Part shown: positions 49,696 to 59,015 of the stretch, one piece after another | How the letters are laid out: each line of letters starts with the position of its first letter | Position numbering within the stretch: position 1 is the first letter of the stretch | IMG/VR virus record: IMGVR_UViG_3300014205_000182 | Coordinates: 32,001-96,000 of that record | Reading direction: 5' to 3' (one strand) | DNA length: 64,000 bases | Source: a virus | Taxonomy: Duplodnaviria; Caudoviricetes | The notes under the pieces: generated by a model | What the model was told of the DNA's origin: nothing | What the model saw: the letters and a program-made list of their open reading frames with translations, nothing else | The model's database searches: none | Position numbers and translations under genes: made by a program

Positions 49696-50186
49696 TATGC
49701 AGGTTATTTTCGATATTCAGCGCACAGGCCGTCGTTATATGTCCGATGCAGACCTTCAGCAGGAGTGTCTGTTTCTCGGACTTGAACCTACCGCTACCAC
49801 AGCAGAGATCGCCGCCGAGCTTCACCGACGCGGGCTGGATGATTTCTCGGCAGGTAGAGCGATGAAGATGGGGCCGAAGGCGTGACTAAGCCGATCACCC
49901 CAGCCGAAGTTGTTACTGCCAAAGCAGCAGCACTCCCAGACGGGGTGCTAGAGACTTTCAACGACTTAATCGCCAAGAAGTGGAACGGGTACTCAGCCAC
50001 TTTGAAGATTGGTGAAGTCTGTAAAGCTTTGCGATTGAAGATGAATCTAACCGAAGGTGTTGACGCGTTGCCTGGAGAGTGGCTAGACATCGAACCCGTC
50101 TACCGAAAAGCTGGCTGGTACTGTGAATTCGATAAGCCCGGGTATAACGAAACCTACGAAGGTTATTACACCTTCAAGAAGAAGCC

Positions 50187-51026
50187 ATGAAGCCACCAGA
50201 CGAACGTTTCCTAAACACTTTCGCCGTTTGTGTCCCCTGCCATAACCATCACAACCTGTGGGTAAAGTGGCACGACGAGTACGGTGTGCCGTGGGAACAG
50301 GACTCACTCGGTATGTGGCAGGAGATCGGCAAGGTTGACAACCGTCCTGTTGTTGTCTCCGTTAACTGGGCTGATATCGCGGGACGACGAGTAGCGTTTG
50401 TCGAGCCAACTAGCCAGCTGGTTGACTACGTGATGGTCGATAAGTGGGCCAAAGAAGTGTTCCCGAACGCTATCGAGTTCGTGGACGATAACAACTTCCA
50501 CAACATCATCCATCCGATTGCTGCGGCGATTGGTGTCAAGTCGATCATGGCACGGAAGCCAGAGATGAATCTTTACGCAAAGTACGCTCCTAAGGACCCC
50601 GATTTCATGAAGAATCTGGTAGGTGCGAACACGAGAACCCCGGCCTCGCGTGTCGGTCAACTGTTCAAGCGAATCACGTATCGTGACCTGCCGAAGCAAA
50701 ACCACGGGTGGAACAAGAAGCTAAGCAGCATGGACTGGTCTGAGGTATGCCTCGACGGCTACCCCGGCTGGCAAATCGAGATGGCTGATGGTCAGAAGGC
50801 GCCCGCCTTTGTGAAGCTGACACACGTCCGAGGCAAAGGTACCGTGGAGTCTAACGATCTCGCTACTAAGTGGGACGATATCGCCAGCGAGACGTTCTAC
50901 CAGCGCGACTGGACCGACGATGGTATCCCGTTCGTTCATGAGCACGAGGTTTACTGGTCGGGCTGGTGGTTCAAGACGATTGCTGAGCGAGATCGCTTTG
51001 TGGCTTGGCAAGCCGAGCAGAAGTGA
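50187..51026 (+). CDS. Hypothetical 279-aa protein
   Basis: ATGA-coupled ORF within the operon. Confidence 0.65.
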   Translation: MKPPDERFLNTFAVCVPCHNHHNLWVKWHDEYGVPWEQDSLGMWQEIGKVDNRPVVVSVNWADIAGRRVAFVEPTSQLVDYVMVDKWAKEVFPNAIEFVDDNNFHNIIHPIAAAIGVKSIMARKPEMNLYAKYAPKDPDFMKNLVGANTRTPASRVGQLFKRITYRDLPKQNHGWNKKLSSMDWSEVCLDGYPGWQIEMADGQKAPAFVKLTHVRGKGTVESNDLATKWDDIASETFYQRDWTDDGIPFVHEHEVYWSGWWFKTIAERDRFVAWQAEQK

Positions 51027-51039
51027 TTACCTTTGAGCT

Positions 51040-51819
51040 ATGGCTCATTGGATCCTTCAGAACAATCTCTACGAGGAAGAGGGCTTCGCCGCCCTCACGG
51101 GCGCTCTAGACCGTCTAGAAGTACCGTACTCGATTCACAAGTGCGTGCCCTTCGTCGGCACACTAGAGCCCGAGGCCACCCCGCCTGCCGGGCCTGTTAT
51201 TGTGATGGGTTCCTACACCCTCGCCCGGCACGCCAAGCAGAGGGGCTGGACGCCGGGCGCTTGGCTGGACAATCTCGACTTCGAGGTCCAGCGTAACCAC
51301 TGGGGCAACCACATGCTGAACGCTGACGCACACGTCTGCAAATTCGGTGAGATCCCGTTCCAGCGTGAGCCTTTCTTTTTGCGCCCTACCGAGGACTCCA
51401 AGGCCTTCACCGGTTTCGTGTGCGACTGGCCTTACTACGAGGGCTGGCGAGCCGGCATCGAGCGCATGGGACCTGAGCCTGATTTCAATCTTGACACCTG
51501 GGTGATGGTGTGTTCCAAGAAGGAGATCTACACGGAGACCAGATGCTGGGTCGTACACAAGCGTGTTGTCACAGCTTCTCAGTACAAGCTAGGAACCCTC
51601 AAACGGTATGAGGAGCTTCGCAGGTCGCGTTTTGATAGTGACCTAATCGCGTTTGCGGAGGATCGCGCACTGGACTGGTCACCTAACGAGGCTTACGTGA
51701 TGGATATCGCGGAGACACCCGAGGGCTTGAAGATTATCGAAGTGAATAATCTCAATAGTGCAGGCTTCTACAAGGCTGATATGAATAAGCTCGTCATGGC
51801 GCTGGAGATGATCGCGTGA
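51040..51819 (+). CDS. ATP-grasp domain protein (DUF4343/R2K-like)
   Basis: LN, FLRPTEDSKAFTG, ETRCWVV, YVMDIA and KIIEVN..SAGFY. Confidence 0.8.
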   Translation: MAHWILQNNLYEEEGFAALTGALDRLEVPYSIHKCVPFVGTLEPEATPPAGPVIVMGSYTLARHAKQRGWTPGAWLDNLDFEVQRNHWGNHMLNADAHVCKFGEIPFQREPFFLRPTEDSKAFTGFVCDWPYYEGWRAGIERMGPEPDFNLDTWVMVCSKKEIYTETRCWVVHKRVVTASQYKLGTLKRYEELRRSRFDSDLIAFAEDRALDWSPNEAYVMDIAETPEGLKIIEVNNLNSAGFYKADMNKLVMALEMIA

Positions 51820-52199
51820 AGGTTGCTAAACAAGTCATCGTAATGCGCAAGGATCTCAACATGCGCAAGGGTAAGATGGTTGCACAGGGAGCCCACGCTT
51901 CTCTGGGCGCTGTTCTGGTGATCCGTAAGGAGCTAGACGGTGAGCCAGGCCATGCCTGGGGTGAGGCCTTTAGGCAGTGGATGACAGGCACCTTCACCAA
52001 AATCTGCGTGTCTGTAAGTTCTGAGAGCGAGCTTATGGATATCTTCCACGCCGCTAATGACGCTGGTCTGCCGGTCAAGCTAATCACCGACGCCGGGCAC
52101 ACCGAATTCCACGGCGTACCAACACGTACGTGTTTGGCTATTGGTCCCGCATGGTCCGACGACATCGACACTGTCACAGGAAAGCTAGCACTACTATGA
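51816..52199 (+). CDS. pth2: Peptidyl-tRNA hydrolase type 2
   Basis: KQVIVMRKDLNMRKGKMVAQGAHAS..KI..ITDAGHTEF..TCLAIGP..IDTVTG.L.LL. Confidence 0.93.
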   Translation: MKVAKQVIVMRKDLNMRKGKMVAQGAHASLGAVLVIRKELDGEPGHAWGEAFRQWMTGTFTKICVSVSSESELMDIFHAANDAGLPVKLITDAGHTEFHGVPTRTCLAIGPAWSDDIDTVTGKLALL

Positions 52200-52419
52200 G
52201 CGAGCAAATCCTACGTCAAGTCAAACTCACGCGACCAATGCATAACGGCCACGCCGAGGAGATTGCCTGGATCGACAACGAGAAAGCCAAGCTCAACAAG
52301 TTCGTCGAGGACGAAGATGGGGTCGTTTGGCTAGTAGCGGAGCTTTACGGCGCTAAGCCGTTCTCAGCTGTCGATCGAACGGCGAGGGTGGCTAGAGAAG
52401 TCGCTGACGTCCTCAAAGA

Positions 52420-53022
52420 TCACTGAGGCATTAGCGTACGCATCAGCTGACCACGTCCGAACACATCGTAAAGCCCGTGCTTCACAATGTAGTCAGCTAC
52501 ATCCTGGTGAACTAGCTGACGGAAGTCTTCGCCGTCGACAATCCTCTTCTTGACCATCGTTGAAGAGATGTCTGGAACGACCGCGTGAGCAGCAAGCGCC
52601 GGTAAGTCGTACCCGTCACGGCGCACGACAATCGGAGGCGCAATCTCCACAATCTCAGCCCAGCCTTCCCAGGTCGTGAATGAGTCGACTAGGTCAGAGC
52701 CAAGGATCAAGCGAAATCGGTCATTTGGCCACTCCTCCTGCACATACTTGACGAGGTCAATAGTGCGGCTACCGACGAAGCCAGGCTGCTTGGCCAGACG
52801 CTGCTCAGCACGACACACCGACGTACGTGGGAGGTCGCGAGCCATCAGCCGACACATCTCCAGGCGATGCTCGAAGTCGAGCAACTCCTTGCCAAGCATG
52901 TGCTTGTATGTCGGAACGAACCAAAGTTCATCCACCGGTTGTGTGGCTAAAACGAGTGCAGCCACCAAGTGGTGGCCGACGTGAGCAGGGTTGAAACTAC
53001 CGCCGTAGAGTGCGATGTCCAT
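52420..53022 (-). CDS. nadD: Nicotinate/nicotinamide nucleotide adenylyltransferase
   Basis: ALYGGSFNPAHVGH, RLEMC, LILGSD..W..W and ISST. Start moved to ATG 53022. Confidence 0.88.
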   Translation of the reverse strand: MDIALYGGSFNPAHVGHHLVAALVLATQPVDELWFVPTYKHMLGKELLDFEHRLEMCRLMARDLPRTSVCRAEQRLAKQPGFVGSRTIDLVKYVQEEWPNDRFRLILGSDLVDSFTTWEGWAEIVEIAPPIVVRRDGYDLPALAAHAVVPDISSTMVKKRIVDGEDFRQLVHQDVADYIVKHGLYDVFGRGQLMRTLMPQ

Positions 53023-53977
53023 AGCGCTCCTGCATCTCCTGAAGGACGTCATGTCGACCTTCATAGTAGGCAATTATTGCGGTACCAATACCAAGCACAC
53101 CTACAAAACAAAGAGCAAAAAAGACCACACCCACCACCATAGCCCACTGATCCCAAGGCTTGCCGATTTTGGTAGAAGGGACTTCCGATGGAATCTCTTC
53201 TGGGTGCAAACACTCTCGTTTGATGTTAGTCATTCTCGGACTCCTTGAAGATACCCCACAGGAAAGCCCCAGGCGCTCCCCAAGCAATCGTGCTGCTGGC
53301 CAACCCAAGGTTATTTGTGGCTGCAAAGACCACAGAAGTGACTGCCGTTAGAAACACAATGCCTAGTAGGCCGATTAGGTAGAATGTGCGAGTACTCATT
53401 TCTTCACCTTCTTCAAGTCAAGCGTCGGTCGCTCAGAAGTGGCTACTGCTGCAAATTCTTCCTGCCACTCTTTGGCAAGCTCCAGCAAAGTCTTGGGCTC
53501 TGCTGGCTGGGTAATTTCTTCATCCGGATCCAGCATCTAACCCTTCCAGTCTCGCATACGCTCTGCTTCGCCCAGGAACCAGGAGAACCCGGCAACCAGG
53601 AGCATTGGCAGAACCATCAGCACAGCGAACAGCTTACGCATTGGGCCACACAAGCCCCTCACGCTCGCCCAGCTGCTTCAGGCGGCGCTCCATCATCGCC
53701 GGGCTACGTGAGTCGTCATGACACCACTGAAGCTGCGTGGCGAAAGTGACCCCGGTTAGATCAAGGGAGGCAGCCAGACCGACACCGTCGGCCATCAAGC
53801 CGTTGATGTAGTACCTGGCGTACTCTGGCTTTGCCGAAGCTTCCGGATCAACCCAGCCCCAAGCACAGTGGCGACCCTGGTCGTCACCGTAGACAGACTC
53901 GTCGTTGACCTGGCAACGCGTAAAGCCCTGCGAGCGCAGACCGATGACTGCGCGGTTGAACATCTCTTGCTTTGTAA

Positions 53978-54334
53978 TCACTTGACCTCTGGAATTGCTT
54001 CAATCACAACTTTGCCAGTGAACCTGTGGTCAGGCCAGCAAGGCGAAACACGATGCACGTCGTAGGATACACGAACGATTGCGCCCGATTCGGCAGCCTC
54101 GGTCAGCTGTTCGATAGCCTCACGTTCCGAGTTGTCGACGGCAATGAACACGTCTTCACGCGACATCGAGCCGACACCGTTGCGCATCGTGCCGAGGCTG
54201 ATGTCGACCAGGGTGTAGTCAGAGCAGAAGATGGGCGTCTTCTTGACGATCTTCTTGACCTGGCCAATGGCCTCGTTGTCAGCCGAGGAGTTGCCACAAG
54301 AGGCGAGAACAGCTAGCAGTAGAATCTTCTTCAT
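53978..54334 (-). CDS. Putative lipoprotein
   Basis: MKKILLLAVLASC lipobox. Confidence 0.7.
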   Translation of the reverse strand: MKKILLLAVLASCGNSSADNEAIGQVKKIVKKTPIFCSDYTLVDISLGTMRNGVGSMSREDVFIAVDNSEREAIEQLTEAAESGAIVRVSYDVHRVSPCWPDHRFTGKVVIEAIPEVK

Positions 54335-54944
54335 TAGACCTTCTCCGTAAAATACAGAAACTGGATGTGGCTACCGAAGTAACCGTGATCAATGTTCAAC
54401 GTCTTGGCATGCGCTTCCGCAGCAGCCTGATCTGGGAAGATCCCCTTGACCTCGACGTACTCTGCCGAGCCAAACGTGCAGCCGTCAGAGTAGTGTTCGA
54501 CGAGAACACAGGCCGTCTTGGCATCTGGAAGCTCGTAGCCGAAGTCCTTGGTGGTGTGCGTCAGTGAGACTGAGATATCAGTCAGACCACGCTCGCCAAT
54601 GTCCCATTCGTCGTCTGGGTTAACTTCGCGAGAGTAGTACTCGTCGTAACTTAGTGAGGCGTGTAACTTCATGTTTTCTCCATAGGAATTCGACGGTCGA
54701 TCTCATCACCAACGGCGACCACTGCTGCCGCAATCAGCAATTTAACTTCCTCATCACTGAGGAAGCTATCATCAACTAGATTGAGCAAAGCCTCAGGGCT
54801 CGTATAGTACGCGATCAAGTTGCTGGTGCGTTCAGTACGTAGTGTTGCGCGGAACGCATCGAGTTTTGGCGATGTTTGATTTGCCAGATACTCGCGAGCC
54901 TCGGATTCGTTCATAGCTTCTATTTAACCACTTTCTCTGGCTTG

Positions 54945-55145
54945 TCAAGGCTTCTCTGGACAAGCGGCAACACACTGAATAGAGTCGTCACCACTTCGCC
55001 GTAGGCAAACCCAACGTTGGCCTTGGTTGATACAATCACACTTACGTCCGTCACAAACACACACCGCCTTAGGTCCCAGATGTTTCTCAACCGTAGATCC
55101 AGACGGTAGGCAGCCAGCCAGTAGTACGAGCAAAGCGAACTTCAC
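54945..55145 (-). CDS. Small Cys-rich putative lipoprotein
   Basis: MKFALLVLLAGC lipobox and multiple Cys. Confidence 0.6.
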   Translation of the reverse strand: MKFALLVLLAGCLPSGSTVEKHLGPKAVCVCDGRKCDCINQGQRWVCLRRSGDDSIQCVAACPEKP

Positions 55146-55390
55146 GACACTTCGTCCGCGTAGTGCTTGGCGAAGCCGGCACGTAGCGCTTCTGAGTGTG
55201 CGCTGATCTTCAGGAAAAGCTCTTCCCCGCAGGCCTGACGCAGCTGCTTAACCAGAATCTTGGCATTCGGTTCGGCGAGCATAACCAGCAGAATTGGTTC
55301 TGCTTCGTCCGGAACCGTTTCGATCATGTGAACAAAAATTGCTGTGTACATGCAACCAGAGTAATCACGCACGGCAAGCCTGTCAACAGG

Positions 55391-57970
55391 CTAGTTGCTA
55401 TCGCGCAAGCCTGAGGTTGAACTTTCTGCAATCTCTGGTGAAGTGCCTTCCGGAAGACGCCACATCGGCTGCCCCTCGTCACCGAGTGTTGGCAGCAGGC
55501 CCGCCTCTTTGATAGCAGCAGAGATGCCCTTCTGGCGACCAGGAAGCTTCTCAATCTCGATGTCTAGCGCGGACTTAGCAATCTCGGCCAGCGTCCACTG
55601 ACGGCGCACGTTGACACCCACAGAATTACGACGCGACCACTCGCGAATGAGCCCAGCCCAGGTGTTCTCTGGACGACGCTTCTCGACGACAAGCGCTGCC
55701 ATATCCTGCTCGGTCTCCGTCTCAAACCACCAGCGTTCACCAGGGCACTCAGGGTGCGCCAGAGAAGGGTTCAAGTCAGCGTGAAGATAACGGTAAGCGG
55801 CCTCTGCCCACAGCTGATCGCGGTCAGCACGAAGTCGAATCGTGTCACATTCGCCCACAGCTACTGGCCAGTAACGACGGTTACCGGTTTCGTCTGGCAA
55901 GTACTCACCCTGGTTGGTCGAACCGATAAACACTGCGTATCGCTTGAATTCCTCTGGAGCCTTGCCGTAGGGCGGGCGGTAGTTGTCGACGCGGGCCGAG
56001 ATGAACGCCTTCTGGCTTTCCGTCTCAGAAGCACGTAGCGAAGCAAGCTCAGCAAGCTCGATGATCCAGCGGTAGCTGGCCATCTGCATGGAGTCCTTGT
56101 TACCAATTACGAGAGGAGAGTCAGAGAACCAAGAGCCGGCAAGTACGCTGGCAGCTTTGGACTTTCCAACACCCTGGCGACCTTCTAGAATCAGAACAGT
56201 GTCGACCTTGCTTCCGGGTACGAGTCCACGAGCACACGCCGAGATCATCCACATCGCCCCGACGCGACGGTTGAAATCTGTGTCTTCGGCGCCACAGTAA
56301 TCGATGAGCCAGGTGTCAATGCGTGGCTTACGATCCCACTTAACCGCACGCAAGTACTCAGCAACGGGGTTGTACTCGTTGCGTCGAGCGATCAGTAGAA
56401 GCTGATCTTCGATTTGCGTCCTGTTGGCAGTCACCTGCCACTTGCGGTCCATCCAGTTCATGACGTCGGTTGCCAGGACGTTGCTCGAAACGTCCTTGAA
56501 AAGCTCTGCTGTAATCTCTACTTGCTTCGTTAGCCCGTTGAATCGAATGCTGTTTCCCACTACGGAATCTCCGTTCAGAATCTGGTAAAGGTTGTTGGGG
56601 CAATTCTTGACCCCTTCACCTTCACTGTCAAGCTTTAACGTAGCCATGAGGTCGTAATCAGCCTCGGGTAGATCGGCAGGACCGCCACCAGGTGCGCTTG
56701 CAGGAGCAGGTGTAACAGGAAGGGAGTCGGCCAGGCTAGCAAACTGAGAAGCTCCGGCAATACTCTTGGGCCGAGCTTGGCGAAGCAATTCACGTGCCCG
56801 GTCTTCGGGCATGTTGGTGCCCATCAGAAGGGTGGCAAACTGATCGTCGGTCGTACCGGTAGGACAGTTACGAATCAGTGCTTGTGTAGCTAGTAGTTCG
56901 TTATCACCTAGATATTTCTTATCCAGAATCTGCGAGATTAGTTCTTTGTCGACTCCCTTGGCAGGATCCGACGTTCGCTTTGCTTTGATAGCCTTCAGGG
57001 TTTCTGTAACGAGAATGTCTGGTGGCTTCGTGTACGCCGGTAGAACAGGAGCGTCACTAAGCCCAAGAGCATCTAGACGCTGTTCCTCGCCTCGATACGC
57101 GGCACCCCAAACCGGCATGTTGGCACGCTGGTACGCCGACCAGACATGACGACCCATACGTGCGCCCCACGGAGGGACGCACTTCTTATCAAACTCCATT
57201 GCAGCTTCAAGCGCAGCTTCCGAGTCACGCACACCATAAGAACGAATGGCCGAACGCACAATGTTGAACGTCGTACCTGCCGTCGATGTACCCTTGACTT
57301 CACCAGGCTCACGAGCAAAGTGTGCCTTCATGTCTGCGATGCGTTGCTCGTTTGGAATCTTGGCGAGCCACTCCGGTTCCTCCTTCGGAATACCGACGTC
57401 ACCGACTTCGCTGGTCTTTCGCAGCGCTTCTTTCCAGGAATCTGGAAGCTCCGCAACAGCGATCTCCGTCGGACCAAGACCCTCCTGCCATGCGTAGTTA
57501 CCACCACTTGCATGGTTTGACGGCGCAACAATAATGTACGCCTTCGAACGGATAACAATTCCGCCGAGAACACCACGCACCGGGCCTCCGGGAGACTGCA
57601 CGATCGCGTGGAAGCCTTCACCAGAGCCAGAGCGCTGTGTAACCGTCGAAGGAAGCGGCCCGAGTGTTTGCTCAAGTGCTGCTAACTTAGCTAGATCTTT
57701 GTTGTACTCGTCAAGGTCAAACCCCAGGAGCCCGGAAGGCTCCATGACGACGGCGATCGATGCATCTGGCATCGCAGTCCACCAGGCACGAATTTGCGCT
57801 TCGTCTGTGGTAGCATCCGTCAGCCCGTTATTGGAACACGGGTGCTTACCAGGAGATACACATTGTGGTCTACCGCACGCACAGATCCCATCACGCATCG
57901 GGTAGCACGGGATCACGTACCAACCGATTTTACTGTAGGCTAAGGCAAAATCTAGCATCGTCGCCGACAT
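55391..57970 (-). CDS. Prim-Pol primase/polymerase fused to VapE/VirE-like helicase
   Basis: GWYVIPC..CACG..C..PGKHP..ATTD..WW, FDLD; C-terminal LEGRQGVGKS, ELAEL, YRPPYG, GSTN, DETGNRRYW. Confidence 0.92.
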   Translation of the reverse strand: MSATMLDFALAYSKIGWYVIPCYPMRDGICACGRPQCVSPGKHPCSNNGLTDATTDEAQIRAWWTAMPDASIAVVMEPSGLLGFDLDEYNKDLAKLAALEQTLGPLPSTVTQRSGSGEGFHAIVQSPGGPVRGVLGGIVIRSKAYIIVAPSNHASGGNYAWQEGLGPTEIAVAELPDSWKEALRKTSEVGDVGIPKEEPEWLAKIPNEQRIADMKAHFAREPGEVKGTSTAGTTFNIVRSAIRSYGVRDSEAALEAAMEFDKKCVPPWGARMGRHVWSAYQRANMPVWGAAYRGEEQRLDALGLSDAPVLPAYTKPPDILVTETLKAIKAKRTSDPAKGVDKELISQILDKKYLGDNELLATQALIRNCPTGTTDDQFATLLMGTNMPEDRARELLRQARPKSIAGASQFASLADSLPVTPAPASAPGGGPADLPEADYDLMATLKLDSEGEGVKNCPNNLYQILNGDSVVGNSIRFNGLTKQVEITAELFKDVSSNVLATDVMNWMDRKWQVTANRTQIEDQLLLIARRNEYNPVAEYLRAVKWDRKPRIDTWLIDYCGAEDTDFNRRVGAMWMISACARGLVPGSKVDTVLILEGRQGVGKSKAASVLAGSWFSDSPLVIGNKDSMQMASYRWIIELAELASLRASETESQKAFISARVDNYRPPYGKAPEEFKRYAVFIGSTNQGEYLPDETGNRRYWPVAVGECDTIRLRADRDQLWAEAAYRYLHADLNPSLAHPECPGERWWFETETEQDMAALVVEKRRPENTWAGLIREWSRRNSVGVNVRRQWTLAEIAKSALDIEIEKLPGRQKGISAAIKEAGLLPTLGDEGQPMWRLPEGTSPEIAESSTSGLRDSN

Positions 57971-58051
57971 AATAGCTTACCTGCCCGCAGTCTGCGGGAT
58001 AACGACCGTCATCCCAAGTAAACTACGCGAGGTACTCGCGAAACTCCGGCG

Positions 58052-58654
58052 TTACTTGGTACGAGCCATCAGAACAGCACGTCGAACCCACTCGATTGGA
58101 GCAACGAACGTCAGGTTGTCCATGTCACCGAAACGCTTGATAAGTACGCCAACAGACTCACCACGGGTGTTCATGATCGGAGAACCACTTGCGCCGAAGC
58201 CGACAACAGAAGAACAGATGCCTTCGTTATCTTCATCTCGACCTGCCCAGTAACCATCAGAGATCAGGAACTTGCCACGAGGATACCCGGCTGTCCAGAT
58301 ACGCTCACCGATTTTTGGATCATAAAGTGCAATCTTGATAGCGTTACCACGAAGCTCGCCACGAAGCACGCACACATCATGAATGTCGTCATCCACAAGA
58401 ACGGTAAAGGTTGCGCCGGCAACAGCATGCGGTCCCGATGCTGAATAGATCTCATTCATTTCGCAGCAGTGGCCAGCAGTTACTGCCAACCCGTCCGTTG
58501 TCTTCCAGACAGTGCAAGACCCGGCATCTTCTGCCAGAGCTTGTAGCTTAGCAACCGCAGGGTCAGACATAGTCGGTGCTTGACCAGGGTGCTGAGCACT
58601 GCCACAAGCAGAGCAGGCAGTGAGAAGGGCGATGACAACGGCGAGAAAATGCAT
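58052..58654 (-). CDS. Trypsin-like serine protease, probably exported or lipid-anchored
   Basis: TAGHC, D (HDVCVL), GYP and GASGSP triad motifs; N-terminal signal LLTAC. Confidence 0.85.
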   Translation of the reverse strand: MHFLAVVIALLTACSACGSAQHPGQAPTMSDPAVAKLQALAEDAGSCTVWKTTDGLAVTAGHCCEMNEIYSASGPHAVAGATFTVLVDDDIHDVCVLRGELRGNAIKIALYDPKIGERIWTAGYPRGKFLISDGYWAGRDEDNEGICSSVVGFGASGSPIMNTRGESVGVLIKRFGDMDNLTFVAPIEWVRRAVLMARTK

Positions 58655-59015
58655 GGGAAGCTCCTATTGAGGTAACTTCATAAGCTTAGCTTATGACTCC
58701 CATTTAGTCTTCGGAGTTTCTGGAGGACTTTGGGTGGTTTACTTCGTATGGATAACCCTGAAACCTTCGTAGCCACCCAAGATCACCCGGTTTACTGGTG
58801 TACCCGAGACGAGGTTGCTGGGGTATTGTCGGATATTGTTGATATTTGGACAAGTCCACCAGAAAGAGTGCCCAGAGCAGATGGCGGCTGTGACTGGCTC
58901 GGCGAAGGTGTCGCACGCCTGACCTCGCGTTATGCTCAGTGGTCGCTTGCATTGTGCTTGAAGAACTGCGGAACCACACCCGACGACTCCAGGCAGTGCA
59001 TCAAGGTCGGCTAAC

